From Candidatus Brocadiia bacterium (GTDB lineage: Bacteria; Planctomycetota; Brocadiia; CAIUPP01), in contig JBEKCB010000005.1 in the NCBI GenBank assembly GCA_050015075.1, positions 1 to 64,000 on the forward strand: 64,000 nucleotides of DNA, given 5' to 3'. Position 1 is the first letter of the stretch. Every line of letters begins with the position of its first letter. Of the stretch, positions 44,701 to 52,873 are shown one piece after another. Made by a program: the position numbers and the translations under genes. Below the pieces are notes generated by a model. That model worked only from the letters and a program-made list of their open reading frames with translations, was not told the DNA's origin and did not search any database.

Positions 44701-45787
44701 GTTCAACCTCAAGGCGACCGTCGGGACCTTTCACCTGCAGGCGCAGGGGCGGCAGGAGTGCCCGCGCATGGGCCTCTTCGGCCCCTCCGGCGCCGGCAAG
44801 ACCACGCTCCTCCATTGCATCGCGGGGCTCATCCGTCCGAGCGAGGGCACGATCCGGCTCGACGACGAGGTGCTGTTCGATTCCGCGCGCGGGGTCAACG
44901 CGCCGCCGCATTGCCGCCGGACCGGATACGTCTTCCAGGAGGGCCGCCTTTTCCCGCACATGAGCGTCCGGAAAAACATCGAGTACGGGCGGCGGCCGGA
45001 TGCGGGCGCGCCCAGCCTGCCCGAACTGGCGAAGGTCCTCGACCTCGAGCGGCTCCTGGACCGCGCGCCGGGCACGCTCTCGGGCGGCGAGCGCCAGCGC
45101 GTGGCCCTGGCGCGATCGCTGGCCGCCGGGCCGCGGCTGCTCCTGATGGACGAGCCGCTCGCCTCCGTGGATGAGCCGGCCCGCCTGCGCGTCCTGGCGT
45201 ACCTGCAACGGGTCTACGATCGCTGGCGCCTGCCTTTCGTCTTCGTCAGCCATTCGCTGACCGACATCATCTTCCTGACCGAGCGCTCCTGGCGCATCGC
45301 CGACGGGCTTTTGCAGTCTCCCGTTGCGCCGCAGGACTTGCTGACCGGCTGCAGACAGGACGCCGGCGAGTCGGTCCTCAACGTGCTCAACGGAACGGTG
45401 GCCGAACGCGGTGAGCGGTCCGGGTACGCCGTCGTCTCATGCCAGGGTCAGCAGGTCAGGGTGCCCGGCGCCGGCCTGCGCGTCGGCGACGAGGTCGCGC
45501 TGGCGCTGCCGGCGCGGGACGTGCTCCTTTCGCTCGGGCCGCCGAGCGGCCTCTCCGCGCGCAACAGCCTGCAGGCCACGATACGGCGCCTCAGCCCGAA
45601 CGGCGCCGCGCTCTGGGCCGTCGTCGAGGTCGGCGCCACACCGCTGATGGTCCAACTGACGCCCGATGCCGCCCGCGACCTGCGGCTCGAGCCCGGACAG
45701 AGGATCCATGTGGTCTTCAAGACGCATTCGGTCAGTGTCACGCGCATCGGAGGAACCGGAACCGATGTCCAGGAAGAGCCGGCTTAG
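44693..45787 (+). CDS. modC: Molybdate ABC transporter ATPase ModC
   Basis: GPSGAGKTT, GYVFQEGRLFPH, LSGGERQRVA, C-terminal TOBE/Mop (LSARNSL). Confidence 0.93.
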   Translation: MLEFNLKATVGTFHLQAQGRQECPRMGLFGPSGAGKTTLLHCIAGLIRPSEGTIRLDDEVLFDSARGVNAPPHCRRTGYVFQEGRLFPHMSVRKNIEYGRRPDAGAPSLPELAKVLDLERLLDRAPGTLSGGERQRVALARSLAAGPRLLLMDEPLASVDEPARLRVLAYLQRVYDRWRLPFVFVSHSLTDIIFLTERSWRIADGLLQSPVAPQDLLTGCRQDAGESVLNVLNGTVAERGERSGYAVVSCQGQQVRVPGAGLRVGDEVALALPARDVLLSLGPPSGLSARNSLQATIRRLSPNGAALWAVVEVGATPLMVQLTPDAARDLRLEPGQRIHVVFKTHSVSVTRIGGTGTDVQEEPA

Positions 45788-46253
45788 TCACGTCTCGGCG
45801 GATGGCGCCGCGCGGATGGTGGACGTCTCGCGGAAGGCCGTCACGCGGCGGACGGCGCGCGCCGAGGCCCTCGTGATCGTCGGCCCGGTGATCGCCGCGC
45901 TGCTGCGTAAAACCGGCGGCGTGGCGAAGGGCAACGTCGTCGAGACCGCGCGGATCGCCGGCATCATGGCCGCCAAGCGGACGGCCGACCTGGTGCCGAT
46001 GTGCCATCCGCTCACGCTCGACCACGTCGAGGTGCGCGTGGAATTGCGCGGAGTGCGCATGCGGATCGAAAGCGCCGTCCGCTGCCGCGAGCGCACAGGC
46101 GCGGAGATGGAGGCGCTCACCGCCGCCGCCGTCGCGGCGCTGACCATCTACGACATGTGCAAGTCCGCGGGCAAGGGGATCGAAATCCGCTCGGTGCGGC
46201 TGCTGGAAAAATCCGGCGGCAAGTCGGGACGCTGGAGGCGCGAGAACCCATGA
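45765..46253 (+). CDS. moaC: Cyclic pyranopterin monophosphate synthase MoaC
   Basis: LSH...ARMVDVSRK, KGNV, AGIMAAKRT, PMCHP, TGAEMEAL, IYDMCK, KSGGKSG. Confidence 0.96.
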   Translation: MSRKSRLSHVSADGAARMVDVSRKAVTRRTARAEALVIVGPVIAALLRKTGGVAKGNVVETARIAGIMAAKRTADLVPMCHPLTLDHVEVRVELRGVRMRIESAVRCRERTGAEMEALTAAAVAALTIYDMCKSAGKGIEIRSVRLLEKSGGKSGRWRRENP

Positions 46254-47215
46254 GCGCGGGCGTCATCGTGGCGATCTGTATCAGCGAGCGTAAAGGCGAG
46301 CGCAAGAAGCCGGTCGAGTCCGCCGTCTTCCGCGCCGGACACGGCATCGAGGGCGACGCGCACGCCGGGCCGTGGCATCGGCAGGTGAGCCTGCTGTCCG
46401 CCGCCGACATCGAAACGGTCCGGCGCAGCCTTCCGAACATCGCGCCGGGAGACTTCGCGGAGAACGTGGTGATCTCCGGATTGGATTTCCGCGAGATCGG
46501 CCTCGGCACGCGGCTGCGCCTGGGCGAGAGCGCAGTGCTCCGGGTGACGCAGATCGGCAAGGTGTGTCATTCGCCGTGCGAGATTCAGCGCGCGACGGGC
46601 GACTGCATCATGCCGCGCCTCGGCCTCTTCGCGCGGGTCGAATCCGGCGGCGCCGGGCGCAGAGGCGATCCGGCCGAGGTCCTCGACGCGGTCGCGCGGG
46701 AAACATTTCAGGCCGTCGTCCTGACGATGAGCGACCGTTGCTCGCGCAACGAGGCGAAGGATTCCGCCGGCCCCGCCGTGGCGCGCCGCGCGGAGGGAAA
46801 AGAACTCGGCGCCCACATTTACGCAGCCGAGATCCTGCCCGACGACCGAGCCGTCATCGAGCGCCGACTGCGGCACTATTGCGACGGACATTCCATTGAC
46901 CTGGTCCTGACGGTCGGCGGGACAGGCTTCTCGCCGCGCGACGTCACGCCCGAGGCCACGCGCGCGGTCGTCGAGCGGTTGGCGCCGGGCCTGGACGAGG
47001 CGATGCGCGCCGCCTCCACGGCCCGGACGCCGCACGCGATGCTCTCGCGCGGAGTCTCGGGCATTCGCGGCGCCACGCTCATCGTCAACCTGCCCGGCTC
47101 CGAGCGCGCCGCCGTGGAAAATCTCGAAGCTATCCTGCCCGCGCTCCGCCACGGCCTCGAAAAACTCCGAGGCGACCCGGCCGAATGTGGGCGGCCGCCG
47201 GAGCCATCGGGATGA
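46250..47215 (+). CDS. MOSC domain fused to MogA/MoaB molybdopterin adenylyltransferase
   Basis: MOSC: GIEGDAHAGPWHRQVSLL, PGDFAEN, TQIGKVCHSPCEI...GDCIMP. MogA: LTMSD, DSAGP, GGTGFSPRDVTPEAT, NLPGS. Confidence 0.92.
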   Translation: MSAGVIVAICISERKGERKKPVESAVFRAGHGIEGDAHAGPWHRQVSLLSAADIETVRRSLPNIAPGDFAENVVISGLDFREIGLGTRLRLGESAVLRVTQIGKVCHSPCEIQRATGDCIMPRLGLFARVESGGAGRRGDPAEVLDAVARETFQAVVLTMSDRCSRNEAKDSAGPAVARRAEGKELGAHIYAAEILPDDRAVIERRLRHYCDGHSIDLVLTVGGTGFSPRDVTPEATRAVVERLAPGLDEAMRAASTARTPHAMLSRGVSGIRGATLIVNLPGSERAAVENLEAILPALRHGLEKLRGDPAECGRPPEPSG

Positions 47216-47694
47216 ACCGCCTTCCCCTTCCGAAGAATCTTCCGCTGCTCGCGGTCTGCGGCCATTCCGGCTCGGGCAAGACGACGCTGATCGAGGCGGC
47301 GACGCGGCGGCTCCGGCGAAAGGGGCTGGCGGTCGCGGTCGTGAAGCATGATGTTCACGGCGTGAACGTGGATCGCCGCGGGAAAGACAGCGACCGCATG
47401 TTCCGGTCGGGGGCCGACATTTTTCTCCACGGGCCGCGCGAGCGGCTCGCGCGCCTTCATTCCGGCGGCTTCGCGGAACTGCTCCGGCGGTACGATCTCG
47501 TGCTCGTCGAAGGCTGGAAGCGCGCCCCAATGCCGAAGGTGTGGCTCCTGGGACCGCGCGAGAGCCGCCCTCCGCGCGGAGTCGGAAATATCCTCGCGGT
47601 CCTGCCGCGCGGCGCGAAACGGCTCGAAGCGTTCATGGCGATCCTGGACGACCGGCTGGCCGGGAAACGAAGAAGTGCGAATGATGAATGTTGA
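47212..47694 (+). CDS. mobB: Molybdopterin-guanine dinucleotide biosynthesis protein MobB
   Basis: GHSGSGKTTL, VVKHDVH, GKDSDR, DLVLVEGWK. Confidence 0.9.
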   Translation: MNRLPLPKNLPLLAVCGHSGSGKTTLIEAATRRLRRKGLAVAVVKHDVHGVNVDRRGKDSDRMFRSGADIFLHGPRERLARLHSGGFAELLRRYDLVLVEGWKRAPMPKVWLLGPRESRPPRGVGNILAVLPRGAKRLEAFMAILDDRLAGKRRSANDEC

Positions 47695-47740
47695 AGTGAG
47701 GGTTGATGAAGCACTTCATCACTCATCATTCATACTTCTG
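47679..47740. repeat. Inverted 7-mer arrays (gaatgat / atcattc type) at the convergent mobB/mobA junction
   Basis: gaatgat gaatgtt gaagtga gggttgatgaag-ca-cttcatcactcatcattcatacttc; shorter relative at 34724-34751 at the tatB/livF junction. Confidence 0.7.
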
Positions 47741-48362
47741 ACTTGCGTTGAGCGGCGCGCCATTCTTCCGGCGTATTCACGTTCGTGAACGCCTTCCTGA
47801 GCTTCTCGGGCACGCGCGGCGAATGAATTCTCATTCCCGCCAGGATTCGCCGGAGGGACCGCTCGCCCGCGCGCGCTGCCGGCTCCATGAGGCTGCGCGC
47901 CCGAGGCGTGTAGAGCGCGATGAGCGGCTCGGGCCGGTCCGGCGCGTCGAGGTGGGGAACCACCGCGATGTCGCCGGGCTTCGCCCGCGCGAGCAGCCAG
48001 CGCAACGCGTCGGCAGACAGGAATGGAGCGTCGCAGGAAAGCACGATCCACCTCGTGCGCGGACGCCACCGGAGCGCGGCGAGAAGTCCGCCGAGCGGCC
48101 CTTCCACGCCGGGCGCATCCTGAATCCGCTGCATTGCAGACAGTTCTCCGCCGGGCAGCGGCGCTTCGCCGACGAGTACGACTTCGCGGGCGACTTCGCC
48201 GGCGGCGGCGACGATCTGCTCGAGCACGAATCCGCCGCCGTCCCGCAGCAGGGTTTTCGAGATCCCCATCCGCGAACTCCGCCCGCCGATCAGCACCGCC
48301 GCGCAAGTCGCGCGCAGTACGCTGCGCGCTCCTGGCTTCCGCCGGGCGGCTTTCACCTGCAA
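47730..48362 (-). CDS. mobA: Molybdenum cofactor guanylyltransferase MobA
   Basis: LIGGRSSRMG..K, GPLGGL, LSCDAP, EPLIALY, NVNTPEE; start uncertain (TTG). Confidence 0.9.
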   Translation of the reverse strand: MQVKAARRKPGARSVLRATCAAVLIGGRSSRMGISKTLLRDGGGFVLEQIVAAAGEVAREVVLVGEAPLPGGELSAMQRIQDAPGVEGPLGGLLAALRWRPRTRWIVLSCDAPFLSADALRWLLARAKPGDIAVVPHLDAPDRPEPLIALYTPRARSLMEPAARAGERSLRRILAGMRIHSPRVPEKLRKAFTNVNTPEEWRAAQRKSEV

Positions 48363-49184
48363 TCAAGCCTCCTCTCGCAGCGCATCCGCGCCCGAGTAGA
48401 TCGTCAGGGTCCGCTCGCGGACGAAGCCGGCAAGGAACATGTTGAGCCTGCGCGCGAGTTCCACCGCCAGCGCCGACGGCGCGCTGACGCCGGCGACCTC
48501 GCTGATGCCCGCGCGCGCGGCCTTGGCGACCATCTCGAACGAGAGGCGGCCGGAAAGCAGCAGCGCCAGCCCCGGCTCGAGCATGCCGCTCTGAACGGCG
48601 GCGCCGACGGCCTTGTCCAGGGCATTGTGGCGGCCGAGGTCCTCGCGGACGACGCATTCGGCGCCCGGTTTGACGGGCGGGCGCGCGAGCGCGGCGGCAT
48701 GCGTGCCGCCGGTGCGCTGGAACATTTTCTGCCCGCGGCGCATGGCGTCCGCGAGCGCGAAAAGGTCCTCGGCGGCCAGCCGGCGCGGCGGCCGCACAAA
48801 GGCGGGAATGTCCGCGGCGATTTCCTCGATCATCTCCGCGCCGCAGACGCCGCAGGAGGAAAACACCCGGCGATGCGCCGGCAGCCGCCGCGGCCGCGCG
48901 CCTTCCGCGAGCACCACACGCGCTTCATTCCGGCCGCTCAATTCGCCCTTCGCGCAGAAGGAAATCGCGCCGATCTCCTTCGGCGAGCCGACGATGCCTT
49001 CGGTGAGAACGAACCCCATCACCAGCTCAACCTCGTCGCCCGGAGTCCGCATGAGTGTCGCGACCGCCTGGTCGCCGATGAGGATAGTCAGCGGCTCTTC
49101 GGCGACGAGCTCGCGCTGCTCGGGCGTCCACCGGCCCGGCCCGACGACGAAGCACTCCGTCAGGGGATTGGTTTCCTGGTTCAC
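48363..49184 (-). CDS. fdhD: Formate dehydrogenase accessory sulfurtransferase FdhD
   Basis: EEPL, MRTPG, GFVLTEG, SSCGVCG, TGGTHAA, EDLGRHNALDK, SGRLSFEMV, SAPSALAV. Confidence 0.95.
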   Translation of the reverse strand: MNQETNPLTECFVVGPGRWTPEQRELVAEEPLTILIGDQAVATLMRTPGDEVELVMGFVLTEGIVGSPKEIGAISFCAKGELSGRNEARVVLAEGARPRRLPAHRRVFSSCGVCGAEMIEEIAADIPAFVRPPRRLAAEDLFALADAMRRGQKMFQRTGGTHAAALARPPVKPGAECVVREDLGRHNALDKAVGAAVQSGMLEPGLALLLSGRLSFEMVAKAARAGISEVAGVSAPSALAVELARRLNMFLAGFVRERTLTIYSGADALREEA

Positions 49185-49195
49185 TGGTATTGCTC

Positions 49196-49308
49196 GGGAG
49201 ATGGGGTGATTGGGAGATTAGGAAATTAGGACATTGGGAAAATGCGCGTCGCGAAAGCCGCCAGGTTTAGTCTCCCAATCTCCTAATCACCCAATCTCCA
49301 AATCTCCC
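49196..49308. repeat. Inverted 8-mer arrays (gggagatt / aatctccc)
   Basis: gggagatt aggaaatt aggacatt gggaaaat ... aatctcct aatcaccc aatctcca aatctccc, inside the fdh operon before fdhD. Confidence 0.8.
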
Positions 49309-49315
49309 ACCGAAC

Positions 49316-50158
49316 TTACCATCTTTCCGGGAACGACGCATTGGTGAACATGCCCTCGACCCATGCCTTATGCCGGCGCTCGACCTCGGCGAGCCGGTGG
49401 AGCAGTTCGCGCTCCGGCCCTTCGGGATACATCGCGGCCCAGCTTTCGTAGAAGTCGGCGGCGAGCTTTTCCTTCCGCGCGGCCAGCAGGAAGGCGTCGG
49501 CCGGGGTCATGTCGGGCGAGAAATCCGGCGCGCTCGTGCTCTCGAGCACCGAGCCGGCGGCCGTCGGCTCTGAGGGCAGCGCGCCGCGGCCTTTCTTGAA
49601 CTCGGTCAGGAGACGCTTGTGCTCCTTCTCGTCGCGGGCGAGCGCCTCGAGGGTTTCCTTCGTGTCCTTGCGGGTGACGGACTTCGCCGCGCGCGCATAG
49701 AAGGACTGGGCCGCCTCCTCGTTCGCCACGGCGCGGGTGATGATCGAAGCGCCGGCGGGAGTCTTCCGCGCCCCCCGTCCAACAGCGGGGCCGCGCGCCT
49801 CGGCAATCCCTTTCAAGCGCCGCACGACCGCAGCCGGCTCGACGGGCAGGTCGAAGAGCGCGTCCACCTCGAGCGCGTCGGCCGATTCGAAGGTGCGGTC
49901 CCAGCCGGAGCGGTCGAGGTTCGTCGCCAGAAGCAGCGCCGCGCGGCTTTTCCGCGCGAGTCGGATCGCGCCGGGGAGCCGCGCGGCCAGTTCGCCCGCC
50001 TGGACCGCAAGGAAGATTCCGTCGCAGCCGGCGGCTGTCTTCGGGAGCTTCTTCAGATCGGCGCAGGTCCGCGTCGTCCAGCCTTCGGCCTTCATCTCCG
50101 CGGATAACGGCCCGGCCACAACGCCGGTCGCGTCAATGATCAGGATTTTCATTTTCAT
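49316..50158 (-). CDS. Degenerate receiver-like domain fused to a rubrerythrin/ferritin-like di-iron domain
   Basis: MKILIID N-terminus with alternating beta/alpha pattern; C-terminal AVANEEAAQSFY...DEKEH and ARKEKLAADFY...VERRH; ATGA overlap with the FDH alpha stop. Confidence 0.8.
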   Translation of the reverse strand: MKMKILIIDATGVVAGPLSAEMKAEGWTTRTCADLKKLPKTAAGCDGIFLAVQAGELAARLPGAIRLARKSRAALLLATNLDRSGWDRTFESADALEVDALFDLPVEPAAVVRRLKGIAEARGPAVGRGARKTPAGASIITRAVANEEAAQSFYARAAKSVTRKDTKETLEALARDEKEHKRLLTEFKKGRGALPSEPTAAGSVLESTSAPDFSPDMTPADAFLLAARKEKLAADFYESWAAMYPEGPERELLHRLAEVERRHKAWVEGMFTNASFPERW

Positions 50159-52866
50159 GCCCCGGCGGCGCACGCTTCCACGCGAGCGGCGCAGCACTTG
50201 TATTCACCCGTGCGCGTGACGCTGTCGAACGCGTCGTTGGTCAGTGTGTTGGTGGGCGCCTCGACGAAGTGGAACGGCATCCAGACCGAGCCGGGCCGGA
50301 CTTTGTCGCTGACGCGTGCCGTGACCGCTACGGCGCCGCGCCGCGTGACGACGCGCGCCATGCCGCCGGCCGCGATGCCGAGGCGCTCCGCATCGGACAC
50401 GTGCATCTCGACGAAGTTGCGCGATTCCTTCTGCGAAATCGGCGCGCTCTTCCGCGTCATGTTCCCGACGTTGTAATGGTAGAGCGTCCGGCCCGTCGAG
50501 AGGATGAACGGGTACTCCGCGTCCGGCTGTTCCGCCGGCGGACGGAATTTGATGACGGCGAACGCGCCGCGCCCGCGCGTGAAGCGGCCCGCATGGAGAT
50601 ACGGCGTGCCGGGATGATCCTTCGTCGGGCACGGCCATTGCAGGCCGACGCGGTCAATCCGCTCGTAGGACATGCCGCCGTAGCTGGGGGTGAGCGAGGC
50701 GATCTCGTCGAAAATCTCGCGCGGGTGCGCGTACTTCATCGGGTAGCCCATCGCGGTGGAGACCAGGCAGAGGATTTCCCAGTCGGGCTTCGCCTCGCCC
50801 GGCGGCTGCACCGCCTTCCGCACGCGCTGCACGCGCCGCTCGGTGTTGGTGAACGTGCCGTCCTTCTCGGCGTAGCAGGCGCCCGGCAGAATGACGTGCG
50901 CGAGCTTGGCCGTCTCGGACATGAAGATTTCCTGGCAGACGAGGAACTCGAGCTTCCCGAGCGCGCGCGCGACCTTGTCCTGGTTCGGCTCGCTGAGGAC
51001 CGGGTCCTCGCCGAAGACGTAAAAGGCCTTGAGCACGCCCTCGTCGGCCTTCTCGATGAAGTCGGTCACGCGCCCGCCGAGGTTCGACGGAATCTCGACG
51101 CCCCATGCCTTGGAGAACTTCTCGCGCATGGCCGGGTCCGCGACGCGCTGGTAGCCGGGGAAGACGCTGTGGATCGCGCCCATGTCGCAGCCGCCCTGGA
51201 CGTTGTTCTGGCCGCGGAGCGGGTTGATCCCGGACGAGGGCTTGCCGATCTGCCCGCAGAGCATGGCGAGGTTGGCGAGGTTCTGGACGTTCTCGGTGCC
51301 GCAGGTGTGCTCGGTGATGCCGAGGGTGTAGAAGATCGCCGACGGCGTGCCGCGCGCGTACATTTCGGCGGCGCGGCGGATGAGGTCGGCGTCCACGCCG
51401 CAGACCTCGGCGGCCTTCGCGACCGGGTAAGCGCGCAGGTTCTCGCGGAACGCGTCGAACCCTTCGCACCGGTCGGCGGCGAACTGCGGGTCGTGCAGGT
51501 TCTTCTCGAGGATGTGGTTCATGATCGCGTTGACGAGGAAGTTGTCGGTGCCCGGTTTGTGCTGGATGTGGATGTCGGCGCGGCGGGCCATCCAGGTCTT
51601 GCGGGGATCGCAAACGACGAGGCGCGCGCCGCGGCGAAGCGCCTTCTTCATCTCGAAGCCGATGATCGGATGCGCGTCGGTCGGGTTCGCGCCGATGAGG
51701 AACAGCGTCTGCGCGTTCTTGATTTCGCCGATGCTGTTGGTCATGGCGCCGGAGCCGAGCGCCAGGGCGAGCCCGGCGACGGTGGGCGCGTGGCAGGTCG
51801 TCGCGCACTGGTCCACGTTGTTCGTGCCGGCGGCGGCGCGCGCCAGTTTCTGCGCGAGGTAGTTCTCCTCGTTCGTGCAGCGGCAGGAACTGAGGACCGC
51901 AACGCTGTCCGGGCCGTGCCGCTGGCGGATTTCCCCCATCCGCTTTCCGACGAGCGCGAGCGCCTCGTCCCACGACGCCTCGCGGAACGAGCCGTTCTCG
52001 CGGATCAGCGGCTTCGTCAGGCGTTCGGGCGAATGGACGAACTCGAACCCGAATTTCCCCTTCACGCACAGGTTGCCGTCGTTCGGCACGCAGCCCGGCT
52101 CCCCTGTGACGCGCACGATGCGGCCGCTGCGCGGGTTGACGTTCAGGTCCATCTGGCAGCCCGTTCCGCAATACGGGCACGTAGTCCTGACCTTGACCAG
52201 TTCCTTGGCGCGGCCGAGGCCCTCGGCGGAGCGCTCGTAGAGCGCCGCGGTCGGGCACGCGCCGACGCACTGGCCGCACAGCTCGCAGGTGCTCTCGTTG
52301 AGCGCGATGTCGAAGGCGGTGCTCACCTGCACGGGCAAGGCGCGGCTGCGCAGGGTGAGCGCCTCGGCCATGACCACCTCGGCGCAGATCTTGACGCAGC
52401 GCTGGCACCGCACGCATTTCGACGGATCGTACTCGATGCCTTTGTTGCCGGTGGTGTAGTTCGGCTGGCCCGGCGGCGTCATCACCGACGGGAAGCGCGT
52501 CTCGGACGCCTGGTATTCGTAGGCGTAATCCTGCAGCAGGCAGTCGCCGTCCTTGTCGCAACTGGTGCAGGCGACGCGGTGCTCGCTGAGGAGAAATTCG
52601 AGCGTGTTCTTCCGCGACGCGCGGACCGCGTCGGTCTGCGTGCGGACGGTCATGCCGGGCATCGCCATGCGCGTGCAGGCGGTGTGCATGCCGGCCTCGC
52701 CCTCGATCTCGACCAGGCACAGCCGGCACGCGCCGGTCGGCGTCAGCCGGGGATCGTGGCAGAGATGCGGGATCGGAATTCCGTTGGCCTCGGCGACCTC
52801 CAGGATCGTCTGGCCCTGCTGCGCGACGAGCGTCCGGCCGTCCATGTTCAGCTTGAGTTCGCTCAT
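50155..52866 (-). CDS. fdhA: Cytoplasmic Mo/W-bis-PGD formate dehydrogenase alpha subunit with NuoG-like FeS N-terminus
   Basis: ATG 52866 after GGAGG; CHDP..GACRLC, HxxxCxxCxxxxxC, two 4Fe-4S motifs, TTCPYCGTGC...CVKGKFG, CHAPTVAGL, PLRGQNNVQG, GTFTNTERRVQ; no Tat signal. Confidence 0.92.
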   Translation of the reverse strand: MSELKLNMDGRTLVAQQGQTILEVAEANGIPIPHLCHDPRLTPTGACRLCLVEIEGEAGMHTACTRMAMPGMTVRTQTDAVRASRKNTLEFLLSEHRVACTSCDKDGDCLLQDYAYEYQASETRFPSVMTPPGQPNYTTGNKGIEYDPSKCVRCQRCVKICAEVVMAEALTLRSRALPVQVSTAFDIALNESTCELCGQCVGACPTAALYERSAEGLGRAKELVKVRTTCPYCGTGCQMDLNVNPRSGRIVRVTGEPGCVPNDGNLCVKGKFGFEFVHSPERLTKPLIRENGSFREASWDEALALVGKRMGEIRQRHGPDSVAVLSSCRCTNEENYLAQKLARAAAGTNNVDQCATTCHAPTVAGLALALGSGAMTNSIGEIKNAQTLFLIGANPTDAHPIIGFEMKKALRRGARLVVCDPRKTWMARRADIHIQHKPGTDNFLVNAIMNHILEKNLHDPQFAADRCEGFDAFRENLRAYPVAKAAEVCGVDADLIRRAAEMYARGTPSAIFYTLGITEHTCGTENVQNLANLAMLCGQIGKPSSGINPLRGQNNVQGGCDMGAIHSVFPGYQRVADPAMREKFSKAWGVEIPSNLGGRVTDFIEKADEGVLKAFYVFGEDPVLSEPNQDKVARALGKLEFLVCQEIFMSETAKLAHVILPGACYAEKDGTFTNTERRVQRVRKAVQPPGEAKPDWEILCLVSTAMGYPMKYAHPREIFDEIASLTPSYGGMSYERIDRVGLQWPCPTKDHPGTPYLHAGRFTRGRGAFAVIKFRPPAEQPDAEYPFILSTGRTLYHYNVGNMTRKSAPISQKESRNFVEMHVSDAERLGIAAGGMARVVTRRGAVAVTARVSDKVRPGSVWMPFHFVEAPTNTLTNDAFDSVTRTGEYKCCAARVEACAAGA

Positions 52867-52873
52867 GTCGCTG

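Noticed and set aside
50155-52866. Selenocysteine recoding in FDH
   Set aside because: The ligand codon is TGC and the ORF has no in-frame TGA.
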